This document shows, one piece after another, positions 10,506 to 19,171 of a stretch of DNA of 64,000 nt. Position numbers and translations under genes: made by a program. The notes beneath the pieces are model-generated. The model saw only the letters and a program-made list of their open reading frames with translations. It did not search any database and was not told where the DNA came from. Source of the DNA: an uncultured Candidatus Saccharibacteria bacterium (GTDB taxonomy: Bacteria; Patescibacteriota; Minisyncoccia; Phycocordibacterales; UBA9973); NCBI GenBank assembly GCA_964402895.1, contig CAYODR010000001.1, positions 123,002 to 187,001 on the forward strand, read 5' to 3'. Positions within the stretch are counted from its first letter, which is position 1; each line of letters opens with the position of its first letter.

Positions 10506-11045
10506 ATGAAAAGAGCAATTTATAATAAAGGTTTTTTGAGAATTCAGAATCTCAACCTTCCAAAGCTTAAAATGCAATTACTGGCTTTTCAACAAAACAA
10601 CGAGATCCCCGGTATCTTTGTTGAAATGTTGGATGAATTTTATCCCAAAAAAATTTTAATGGCCGTTGTGGAAATTAAAGAATTTGGGTATGAGGATTTA
10701 ATGAGATTGGCATCAAGTAACGATGAGTCTCTAAAACTAGCTATTAAAACTCTTCATGAATTAGAAGCAGAAAAACTTTTGCTTCATTCAAGAATTTTTT
10801 TAATAAAGGGAGTTCTGATAAGAACAGATGGGGAAGTCTTTTTAGAGGGGCTTTCAAATGTTCCCATAAGCGTTTTATACTCAAACCTACACGATCAATC
10901 TGTCTATGTGGTACACAAACCGTATACCATGGATATGATTATTCAAGAAATGCTTGAAGCAGATCTCTGGGGTTCAATTAAAGAAATTTGTAACCAAGAA
11001 GATCTAAAAATGTTTTATGAGGAAAAAAGATTTCTCATGAACTAG
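10506..11045 (+). CDS. Hypothetical protein
   Basis: 179-aa ORF with no recognised motif. Confidence 0.4.
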   Translation: MKRAIYNKGFLRIQNLNLPKLKMQLLAFQQNNEIPGIFVEMLDEFYPKKILMAVVEIKEFGYEDLMRLASSNDESLKLAIKTLHELEAEKLLLHSRIFLIKGVLIRTDGEVFLEGLSNVPISVLYSNLHDQSVYVVHKPYTMDMIIQEMLEADLWGSIKEICNQEDLKMFYEEKRFLMN

Positions 11046-11229
11046 GGATTACATTTGAATAAAAATGAAAAATGCTTGGTAGGGTTAAGCCCGCCAAGCT
11101 TTTTGTTTTTAATTTAAAAGCTTTATTTTATTATTTAATGTCGTAAAAGACATATTGTACGACATTGATACAATTAAAAGAACAAGCCCCCTATCCATAA
11201 ATAAGGGGCTTTCTTTGTGAATTTTATTT

Positions 11230-12168
11230 TTAATTTTTCTGATACTTTAATAGACAATTATTAAAATTATTTACCTGTGTATTATAGATAGCGATAAATT
11301 CTTTAGAGTGAGCGAGCTCAGCATTGTATTCACGCACAATGTTATTAAAAATTTGAACATAGTCTACATATAGAGTATCTCTATCTAATTCCCCACTTTC
11401 AATTGTTTTTCGAAGATTGATAATTTGTATCTCTTTATTACGGAGAGATTTATTCATTGCATCAATAGAATTTTTAATCTCTGGATCAATTCTAGGACAT
11501 GCATTTCTAGTAGTTCCAAAGTGCTGAACAGCAAACCAAACATTTCTTCCTTGGTATTTACCTCGAGCTATATAAATACCTATTTCTAGATAATTCTCAT
11601 TTAAAATATTTTCTCTATGCCCGACACTATTCATCCAGGCGGTCACAATATCTGTTGCACTGTCAAAATTCCCGAGTGCAAGATTTTCTCCCATCGTAAT
11701 ATACTGATACCCAACCATCTCTCCTAAGTCAGAGACTGTAAGCCCCACAGGTGAAGTATGCTCAAAGTATTCTCTGGCTATCATATCTTCTACTTTATAC
11801 TTTGCAGATGAACCTAAGAGAGCGTTTGTTGAAAAAGGCACAAGCCCTGCTTTAATTCTTTCTTTATTGGTCTCATTTACAATGGCTTCTGCTGTAATAT
11901 TCCCCCTATCTGTATTAGACGAAAGAATATTAGTAAAAACCTTACTGACATTTTCTATAGGAGTTAATGGTTCTTTTTTCTCTATCTCTTTGATTACAGC
12001 AAGCTCACTATCTAGTGGAGTATTAAGTACAGAAAAAACTTTCGATAGCCTACTATCTTGAGTAAAAAAATTGATTACAACTTCCCTATCATTTTTAGGA
12101 ATTAAAAGCATAAATATAAAAAATGCTCCTGCACCCATTATTGAAATTGATAAAATTGATTTTAGCAT
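11230..12168 (-). CDS. Membrane-anchored CAP/SCP (PR-1/YkwD-like) domain protein
   Basis: CAP motifs ...DMIAREYFEHTSPVG...GYQYITMGENLALGNFDSATDIVTAWMNSVGHRENILN...FAVQHFG, with an N-terminal transmembrane segment. Confidence 0.7.
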   Translation of the reverse strand: MLKSILSISIMGAGAFFIFMLLIPKNDREVVINFFTQDSRLSKVFSVLNTPLDSELAVIKEIEKKEPLTPIENVSKVFTNILSSNTDRGNITAEAIVNETNKERIKAGLVPFSTNALLGSSAKYKVEDMIAREYFEHTSPVGLTVSDLGEMVGYQYITMGENLALGNFDSATDIVTAWMNSVGHRENILNENYLEIGIYIARGKYQGRNVWFAVQHFGTTRNACPRIDPEIKNSIDAMNKSLRNKEIQIINLRKTIESGELDRDTLYVDYVQIFNNIVREYNAELAHSKEFIAIYNTQVNNFNNCLLKYQKN

Positions 12169-12524
12169 GATCCTTTTGTATATCCTTGTAGTTCAGCATC
12201 TTCAGAACTTTTAAACCAGATATAATTTTCGGGCTTAATTCTTTTTACAGTTGCACAATTTTCTCTATAATACTTTGTTCCATTTTTTGAACCTACATAA
12301 AGACCCTGAGAAAGTTTTTGCGTATTACTATTTATATCACCTTTAGCAATAGATGCAACAGGTATTTTAAGCTTATCAAGGACATCATCTGAGCATTGTA
12401 GTGCTACAGCTGGAGATGTGTCCTTTTGTCCATATAAATACCCTACATAAAATACGGCTCCCGACAGACAAAAAACGAGTAATATCAAGACTAAATAGTA
12501 ATTTTTAAGTATAAAATCCTTCAT
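12162..12524 (-). CDS. Secreted small protein with an Ada-N-terminal (Zn-binding)-like domain
   Basis: C-terminal YYRENCATVKRIKPENYIWFKSSEDAELQGYTKGSC resembles the Ada_Zn_binding pattern (YH..C...I...N...F.s..eA...Gy.pC..C), preceded by a signal anchor. Confidence 0.45.
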   Translation of the reverse strand: MKDFILKNYYLVLILLVFCLSGAVFYVGYLYGQKDTSPAVALQCSDDVLDKLKIPVASIAKGDINSNTQKLSQGLYVGSKNGTKYYRENCATVKRIKPENYIWFKSSEDAELQGYTKGSC

Positions 12525-12594
12525 TTATAAAGGTATTATACATTAAAAAATGAATATTGACATTTATACTAAGGTAGGATATCATGTATAAACT

Positions 12595-12876
12595 ATGGCA
12601 AAGAAAAAGGCACAAGGTGCAGCAAAAAACCTAACAGATTCAAATCCACAGTACTTAGGTACTAAGCTTTATGACGGTCAAGAAGCAAAAGCAGGATCTG
12701 TAATCGTAAGACAAAGAGGAACTAAAATAATGGCTGGTCGTGATGTGGCTATCGGAAAAGATCATACACTTTACGCTCTAAAACCAGGATTTGTTAAATT
12801 CACAAACAAAAGAAAGCTAAATTTTGATGGTACAAAAACAGTTCGCAAAGTAGCAAACATAAACCCTGAAAGATAA
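12595..12876 (+). CDS. rpmA: 50S ribosomal protein L27
   Basis: ...GSVIVRQRGTKIMAGRDVAIGKDHTLYALKPGFVKF is the L27 signature. Confidence 0.9.
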   Translation: MAKKKAQGAAKNLTDSNPQYLGTKLYDGQEAKAGSVIVRQRGTKIMAGRDVAIGKDHTLYALKPGFVKFTNKRKLNFDGTKTVRKVANINPER

Positions 12877-12878
12877 CA

Positions 12879-12910
12879 TAAAATCCCCTACTACGGGGGA
12901 TTTTATTTTT
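12879..12910 (+). terminator. Rho-independent terminator (aaatcccc tactac ggggattt followed by T-rich sequence)
   Basis: Hairpin plus T-run immediately after the rpmA stop codon. Confidence 0.5.
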
Positions 12911-12928
12911 ATATGATATAATTTAAAC

Positions 12929-13426
12929 ATGTCAGAAGAAAAAGAAAATAAAGAAATAATCTTTTCTAAAAAAACAGAAGAAAGTATTACTATTAAAAGT
13001 CCTAATAATGAATCATCTAAACAATTTGATGAAATTATCGAGACATTACACGTGTCTCTTCCTAAGGGAGATATGACACTTACAACTAAAATCATCGCAT
13101 TTTTAACAGCAGCTGGTGGACTCAGTATCATTGCTGGTATACTTGCTGATGTTGTGCGTCCGGGTGGAATATCTTTAGGATTTTATCTTCTTAGAATAAT
13201 AGTTGGTATCATTATGGTATTTGTAGGATACGGGATTATCAAAAGAAAAGACTGGGTAGTGTGGCTATATGGCGGAATTAGTTTAGTAAGTCTTTTTATA
13301 AATCCAGTTGTTGCTATCATTCCACTTATTATCACCTTCTATCTATATAGACAAAAGGTCTACTTCAATAAAAATGTACCTAGTGATTTTATAAATAAAA
13401 TAAAAAGTTTTTGGAAAGAAGCTTAA
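12929..13426 (+). CDS. Hypothetical membrane protein
   Basis: ORF with 3-4 transmembrane helices. Confidence 0.4.
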   Translation: MSEEKENKEIIFSKKTEESITIKSPNNESSKQFDEIIETLHVSLPKGDMTLTTKIIAFLTAAGGLSIIAGILADVVRPGGISLGFYLLRIIVGIIMVFVGYGIIKRKDWVVWLYGGISLVSLFINPVVAIIPLIITFYLYRQKVYFNKNVPSDFINKIKSFWKEA

Positions 13427-13454
13427 AACAAAAAACCGCATAGGCGGTTTTTTG

Positions 13455-13763
13455 TTATTGCTGAGATGATAATAGCTGCATAAGTGGAGCAAGCTCTTCT
13501 CTGTATTTTGAGATTTCCGCTTTATACTTCCCCATTACTTGCACTGCAGCATATGATTCTGGCATACCTGACTTTTTCTTTTCTTCGATCTCTTTTTGAA
13601 TATTTTCGAAAAGAGTCTTAAGCTCTTTATTACTCTCAAGAGCTTTCATAGCATTCATAAGCTCTGGATTATTGTTTAGAGTTTCTGCTATTTTTTCCGC
13701 TTGTTCTTTTGGAACACCCTTGAACTGCAAGGCTTTTTTAGTTAAAAATGATTTAATACCCAT
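13455..13763 (-). CDS. Hypothetical small alpha-helical protein
   Basis: 102-aa ORF. Confidence 0.4.
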   Translation of the reverse strand: MGIKSFLTKKALQFKGVPKEQAEKIAETLNNNPELMNAMKALESNKELKTLFENIQKEIEEKKKSGMPESYAAVQVMGKYKAEISKYREELAPLMQLLSSQQ

Positions 13764-13814
13764 ATTTAGATTATAACATATTTAGATTATTTTTAAAATA
13801 TTTGTATTTTAAAT

Positions 13815-14558
13815 CTAAGAAGCGCAACGAACATAATGATCAGCATCAACAACCCTACCTATATTACCACTACCAAAACTTTGACGATAATTACGAGAAG
13901 TTGATGTATAAGCTGGAGTAGATGACCAATAATAATTAACAGTAAAACCATACTGTGTGACATCACTACTGCTATAATCATAAATAGCTTTGAATACTTC
14001 AACTGGCGGAAGTCTTTTTCCTACATTAGCACAAATATTATTTGCATTGGCCCAATTAGCAGAACCACTATCTGCAGGGTCAAGTGTCATAACACTTTGG
14101 GTATCAACTGCATAATGAGTGTCATTGTAATATACTGCAACACCGAAATTTTTATCTTGTAATCCATCTGCTGCTGCAAAGTGTGAGGATCCAGCTGGAA
14201 CATCACTCGTCCTCACCACACATCTAACCCTATCTGCTCCTGCGATACTAGTTAAAGCATCTATCATAGGCTGTATTGAAGAATGTGCTGTGACTCCTGT
14301 TGTATTGTATGTACATAAACCTACAAAAGTACCGTTATCATTGTGATACATGATAGCTTGAGTTTGTAAGTTCTTTAGATTTGATTTAATCGCCGCTACT
14401 CTGCCTTTGGTCCTGACGCTGTTTAGACTTGCAATTACCACCGTTGCTAAGATACCTATAATAGCTATCACTACTAATAGTTCTATGAGAGTGAAGGCTT
14501 TTCTATAAGTGGTATACCCCCCTATTAGACTTTTTGAAAGGTTGGTTAATTTTTTCAT
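13815..14558 (-). CDS. Type IV pilin-like protein with a C-terminal CLec/FGE-like domain (pilin-CLec paralog 1). Candidate DGR-type target architecture.
   Basis: Prepilin leader MKKLTNLSKSLIGGYTTYRKA|[17 protein letters not shown]. The C-terminus contains NWANANNICANVGKRLPPVEVFKAIYDY...WSSTP...YVRCAS, resembling the FGE/CLec fold and the ...GFRCA ending of DGR variable regions. Paralogous to 30450..31253 and 63268..64000. Confidence 0.75.
   Translation of the reverse strand: MKKLTNLSKSLIGGYTTYRKAFTLIELLVVIAIIGILATVVIASLNSVRTKGRVAAIKSNLKNLQTQAIMYHNDNGTFVGLCTYNTTGVTAHSSIQPMIDALTSIAGADRVRCVVRTSDVPAGSSHFAAADGLQDKNFGVAVYYNDTHYAVDTQSVMTLDPADSGSANWANANNICANVGKRLPPVEVFKAIYDYSSSDVTQYGFTVNYYWSSTPAYTSTSRNYRQSFGSGNIGRVVDADHYVRCAS
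14517..14522 (-). repeat. Poly-G tract (6 nt, coding strand) in the Gly-Gly-Tyr codons of this pilin
   Basis: The plus strand shows cccccc; the gene is in frame with 6 G. Confidence 0.6.
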
Positions 14559-14586
14559 AAATATATTATATCATATACAACACTTC

Positions 14587-14688
14587 AAACAACATAGCTT
14601 TTTGCCGTCGGTGTATTTCTCCGGCTTTTGAATCACCTGACTCTCGGACGAGTCGTCCTGCGAGACACGGCAAAAAGCTATGTTGTTT
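14587..14688. repeat. Hairpin element A1 (type II; 21-bp perfect inverted arms aaacaacatagctttttgccg, ~60-nt loop; core in inverted orientation)
   Basis: Arms 14587-14607 and 14668-14688 are exact reverse complements of each other. The loop is the reverse complement of the loop of element B2 at 49415..49511. Confidence 0.6.
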
Positions 14689-14724
14689 TCGTTTTTGTGT
14701 TTGATATATTTAAAAATGAAAAAA

Positions 14725-14823
14725 CAAATATGTCTTTCTGGTGGGACTTAGCTACGGCTGACTGAGCCGAGCGTAGCAATTTCTCTGCTGAGAAATATGC
14801 GTGCCCCCAGAAAGATATATTTG
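14725..14823. repeat. Hairpin element A2 (type I; arms caaatatgtctttctggtggg / cccccagaaagatatatttg; loop contains GGCTGACTGAGCCGAGCGTAGC plus an inner 7-bp hairpin)
   Basis: Read directly from the sequence. Homologous to B1 (49279..49376) and C2 (57935..58039). Confidence 0.6.
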
Positions 14824-14892
14824 TTTTGGAATGGAGACTTATCCATGTCTAAAAATAATAATAGGATTTTAGAGGTTTTTAGTTTTAAAATA

Positions 14893-16575
14893 TTATTGCA
14901 AATTCACTTTTTCAGGAGCTATGGGTTTTTGTTTCCAGAATTTTGATTTTAGAGTTTTGATAAATTGATCTATATCTTCATTTTCAAGCAGTATCAGTAC
15001 CATAGCATAAACTAAGATACCAAAAATACCCGCCACAAAACCTTGTAAGAATATCCCCCAGAAAGTACTTTGGACCACATATTTGCCCATTATCACAAGC
15101 ATTACATAAGTAGCAGCTCCAGAGATAATACCAGAACCAAAAGTATGAAATGCTGCCCTAATAAAGTTTTTATTTTCAATTTTAATTCCAGTAGAACGAT
15201 GGAAAGATATCCATAAGAATATCGCATTAAATACCTGACCAATCGAAAATGCCAGTGGCAACATCAGTACACTTGTACCACTTACACCCTCTACACGCAA
15301 AAGTGATTCAATAAAAGATCTAAAAACTTGATAATTTTCAAATAAGTAAAGAAGTAATACTAAAGATACTGCTGTAAAAGCTACAGATAGTAGATTTATA
15401 AACAAAGGTTTTTTAGTGTTGTTCATAGCATAAAAACCACGAACAAATATAAGTACTAAACATTGAGCTACAATAGACAAGCAAAAAAGTGCTACAGATG
15501 CTGCTACAAGCCTAGTATCATTCCAAGAAAAATTCCCCGCTCCAAGTAGCACTCTAACTATTTGAGCACGCAAAACTATAAGTAAAATAGAGGCTGGAAT
15601 TGCTAAGAAAAGAATATTTCGAATTGCGCGGTGGACAACTTCTAAAAACTCTTCCTTTTTTCCGTCCATAAATAATTTTGTGATAGTCGGAAAAGCTGAT
15701 ACTGCATAAGAAACTCCGATAATCAAAAGTGGAGTATTTTCAATATTATAAGAAAGTTGAAATACAGAAATAGATCCAGCTACTAAAAGAGATGCTACTG
15801 CTCCCAATATAATCATTGTAATATTTGTCAGAGATAATGTAAGTGTCCTTGGTAATGAAATCTTAATAACATCCCATATCATTTTATAATCAACTTTATA
15901 AACGAATTTTGGCAATGTGCTTACATTTAAAAGTGAAGGTATTTGTACCAATAAATGCATAAGTGCACCTATTACAACTCCTATCACAACGCCTAGTATT
16001 CCGATATATGGTAGTAAAAATAATATACCAAAAAGTATTCCTAAGTTATAAAATACCGGAGCAATAGCAAAAGATAAAAACTTTTTTTGAACTTGGGCAA
16101 AAGCGCCTAATAAGCTAGATAATCCCATCAAAAATGGTGAGAGTAACATTATTCTAGAAAATAAAACTAAATCTTTTATTTGTTCATAAGAAAATCCCGG
16201 AGCAATCATTTTAGCCAAATAAGGCATCAGTATAAATACAATAGCAGATATCAAAACCATCCCCACAGAATAAACAGTAAAGACACTATTAGAAAAGTTT
16301 TTCAAATCATTTTTTGAATCTATGTATTTTGTAATAAAAGGTATTACTACTGTCACTGCAAAAAGTGAGGCTATAGATACATAAATAAAATCAGGAATTC
16401 TAAAAGCTGCATAATACACATCCAGACTAGCAGATGGTCCTATAGTAGAAGCTAAAAGTCTATCACGAATAAGACCAAAGATTTGTGATAAAAAAGAAAA
16501 TATAGCTAAAACAAGCGCAGCTTGATTGATAGTGCTAATGTCTTTATTTAAAAGTTTTAATAACTTAGATACCAT
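14893..16575 (-). CDS. murJ: Lipid II flippase MurJ (MviN)
   Basis: 14-transmembrane MOP-superfamily protein with an N-terminus ...QAALVLAIFSFLSQIFGLIRDRLLASTIG typical of MurJ. Confidence 0.85.
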   Translation of the reverse strand: MVSKLLKLLNKDISTINQAALVLAIFSFLSQIFGLIRDRLLASTIGPSASLDVYYAAFRIPDFIYVSIASLFAVTVVIPFITKYIDSKNDLKNFSNSVFTVYSVGMVLISAIVFILMPYLAKMIAPGFSYEQIKDLVLFSRIMLLSPFLMGLSSLLGAFAQVQKKFLSFAIAPVFYNLGILFGILFLLPYIGILGVVIGVVIGALMHLLVQIPSLLNVSTLPKFVYKVDYKMIWDVIKISLPRTLTLSLTNITMIILGAVASLLVAGSISVFQLSYNIENTPLLIIGVSYAVSAFPTITKLFMDGKKEEFLEVVHRAIRNILFLAIPASILLIVLRAQIVRVLLGAGNFSWNDTRLVAASVALFCLSIVAQCLVLIFVRGFYAMNNTKKPLFINLLSVAFTAVSLVLLLYLFENYQVFRSFIESLLRVEGVSGTSVLMLPLAFSIGQVFNAIFLWISFHRSTGIKIENKNFIRAAFHTFGSGIISGAATYVMLVIMGKYVVQSTFWGIFLQGFVAGIFGILVYAMVLILLENEDIDQFIKTLKSKFWKQKPIAPEKVNLQ

Positions 16576-16577
16576 AT

Positions 16578-19121
16578 CTATATAACGACTATATTTACTA
16601 TTCTACCCTGAACAACTATTATTTTCTTTATTTGCCTTCCTTTGGTGTGCTCAATGACTTTATCCAGCATCAACGCTTTTTCTTCATATTCCTTTTGGGT
16701 AGCATCTTTAGCTATTTGAAGTTCTGCGCGAGTTTTCCCATTTATTTGTACGCCAATAGTCACAGTGTCATCTACTGTGTATTTAGCATTGAACTTTGGC
16801 CAAATAGATAAATGTATACTCCCCTTTTGTTTAAAGTTTTCCCAAATTTCTTCTGTGATAAATGGTGCAAAAGGAGAAAGTATTTGTACAAACTTTAAGA
16901 ATTCATCTTTTGGTATAAATTGATTTTTCTCTAAAGTATTTAGACAGATCATCATTGAAGATATTGCTGTGTTGAAAGAAAAGGTCTGTACATCATTAGA
17001 TACTTTTTTAATTGCCTTATGAATAGCTTTTAATCCATCTTTATATTCATCAGTTTTTAAATATTCTTTTGGTATTTCATCTTGATTTTGAATCTTGATA
17101 GCAAGTCTCCAAACTTTATCAATAAATCTTCTTGAACCCATGATACCATCTTCACTCCAAGGAGTATGAGAATCAAAAGGACCGATAAACATTTCAAATA
17201 CACGAAACGCGTCTGCTCCATAATTCTTTACAACATCATCTGGATTAACTACATTCCCAAATCTCTTACTCATCTTTTGTCCATCAGCACCACCGATCAT
17301 ACCTTGATTTCTAAGTGCTTTAAACGGCTCTTTTGTCGGAGCAAGACCTATATCATAGAGAAACTTATGCCAAAAACGAGAATATAAAAGATGTCCTGTT
17401 GCATGCTCTGTACCACCTACATACATATCTACATCTCTCCAGTATTCTAGGTTTTTCTTTGAAACAAATCTAGAATTATTTTTTGGATCCATGTATCTTA
17501 AAAAATACCAAGAAGATCCTGCCCAACCCGGCATAGTATTGGTCTCATATCCCTCTTTAACCCAAGCTTTAATAGTAGAAAGTGGGCTTTCTCCTGTACC
17601 GGATGGTTCGTATGATTTAACTTTTGGTAAGATCAAAGGAAGTTCTTTTTCTTTAAGAGGTGTGATAATACCTTCTTTTGATTTAAGCGGAATAGGCTCA
17701 CCCCAATATCTTTGTCGTGCAAATATAGCATCACGCATTTTATATTTAAGCACTAGTTTACCGCCAACTTTTTTAACAACATCTTTAATATCTAAAAGTT
17801 TTTTATCAACTATTGGTAATTTATATTTTTCTGCAAATTCTCTATCACGCTCATCGTGCTTTGGCACCGCCATAACAGCCCCTGTACCGTACCCAGCAAG
17901 TACATAGTCCGCTATCCAAACCGGAACTTCTTGATTGTTGTACGGATTGATAGCAAAAATACCGCGAAGTGGAACACCACTTTTTTCTTTATCCCCCATT
18001 CTATCAATTTCTGATTTTCTGAGAGTACCTTCTATATACGACTGCACTTCATTCCAATTTGTGATACTTGGTCTTAATTTTTCAAGCAAGTCATGCTCGG
18101 GTGCTAGGACAACATATGTAACACCATCAATAGTATCGGCTCTTGTAGTAAATACTTTTATAGTATGGTCAAAATTTTTTAATTTAAAATCTATTTCTGC
18201 ACCCAAACTTTTACCAATCCAATTCCTTTGTATATCTTTAATGCTTTGTGAAAAGTCTACTAAATCTAAATCATCAGCAAGTCTTGATCCATAAGCTGTG
18301 ATGCGCATAAACCATTGACGCATTTTCTTTTTAACTACGGGATACTCACCTCTTTCTGAAACTAAACCATTTGGAGTATCAAGTACTTCATCATTTGCAA
18401 GTACTGTACCAAGCTCTGCACACCAATTCACCTCAGCAAAACCCTCATATGCAAGTCTATAATTCATCAAAAAATCTTGCTTTTCTTTTTTAGAATACGC
18501 CTTCCACTCTTTTGCAGAAATAATAGGAGTGTCGGTATTACAAGCAGCTAAAATATTTTTGTTGCCAGACTTCTCAAGAATCATAACGAGATCTTTTATC
18601 TCTCTTGCCTTATTCTTTTTATTGTCATACCAAGAATCATAAATCTTTAAAAAGATCCATTGTGTCCATTTATAAAATTCTGGTCTATGTGTAGATACTT
18701 CCCTATCCCAATCAAAAGAAAAGCCAATAACATCTAGTTGCTCTTTGTATCTCTTTATCAAAGAATCTGTAAATGGTCCTGGGTGTTTTCCAGTCTTGAT
18801 AGCGTATTGCTCAGCGGGTAGCCCAAAAGAGTCAAAACCCATTGGATGCAGAACATTAAAACCGTGCATTCTTTTAGTACGAGCAAATACATCACTAGCT
18901 ACATAGCCCCTAGGATGCCCCACATGAAGACCTGCGCCTGATGGATAAGGGAACATGTCCAAAACATAATATTTCTTCTTTTTTAGGTCTTCTTTGACTT
19001 TATAAGTCTGATTCTTTTCCCAATTCTTTTGCCATTTTTTATCTATCTTTAAATGGTCATAAATATTTACTTTTTGGACTTTCATAACTGATATTTTCCC
19101 ATAAAATAAGGGTTTTAGCAA
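16578..19121 (-). CDS. leuS: Leucyl-tRNA synthetase
   Basis: HIGH-type motif (PYPSGAGLHVGHP), KMSKR (QKMSKRFGNVV), and the class I editing (CP1) region; 847 aa. Confidence 0.95.
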   Translation of the reverse strand: MLKPLFYGKISVMKVQKVNIYDHLKIDKKWQKNWEKNQTYKVKEDLKKKKYYVLDMFPYPSGAGLHVGHPRGYVASDVFARTKRMHGFNVLHPMGFDSFGLPAEQYAIKTGKHPGPFTDSLIKRYKEQLDVIGFSFDWDREVSTHRPEFYKWTQWIFLKIYDSWYDNKKNKAREIKDLVMILEKSGNKNILAACNTDTPIISAKEWKAYSKKEKQDFLMNYRLAYEGFAEVNWCAELGTVLANDEVLDTPNGLVSERGEYPVVKKKMRQWFMRITAYGSRLADDLDLVDFSQSIKDIQRNWIGKSLGAEIDFKLKNFDHTIKVFTTRADTIDGVTYVVLAPEHDLLEKLRPSITNWNEVQSYIEGTLRKSEIDRMGDKEKSGVPLRGIFAINPYNNQEVPVWIADYVLAGYGTGAVMAVPKHDERDREFAEKYKLPIVDKKLLDIKDVVKKVGGKLVLKYKMRDAIFARQRYWGEPIPLKSKEGIITPLKEKELPLILPKVKSYEPSGTGESPLSTIKAWVKEGYETNTMPGWAGSSWYFLRYMDPKNNSRFVSKKNLEYWRDVDMYVGGTEHATGHLLYSRFWHKFLYDIGLAPTKEPFKALRNQGMIGGADGQKMSKRFGNVVNPDDVVKNYGADAFRVFEMFIGPFDSHTPWSEDGIMGSRRFIDKVWRLAIKIQNQDEIPKEYLKTDEYKDGLKAIHKAIKKVSNDVQTFSFNTAISSMMICLNTLEKNQFIPKDEFLKFVQILSPFAPFITEEIWENFKQKGSIHLSIWPKFNAKYTVDDTVTIGVQINGKTRAELQIAKDATQKEYEEKALMLDKVIEHTKGRQIKKIIVVQGRIVNIVVI

Positions 19122-19135
19122 ATAACTATTTTAAA

Positions 19136-19168
19136 AACAAAACACCTCTTACAAGAGGTGTTTTGTTT
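19136..19168 (-). terminator. Rho-independent terminator (acacctctt / aagaggtgt)
   Basis: Perfect 9-bp stem with flanking A/T runs, between leuS and the downstream gene. Confidence 0.45.
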
Positions 19169-19171
19169 ATT

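Noticed and set aside
17166-18294. Multiple 60-140-aa ORFs antisense to, or out of frame with, leuS and other large genes (e.g. 17491..17907, 17935..18294, 22709..23195, 27862..28278, 42373..42816)
   Set aside because: They overlap well-supported genes on the opposite strand, have no start context, and no homology. They are typical spurious ORFs.
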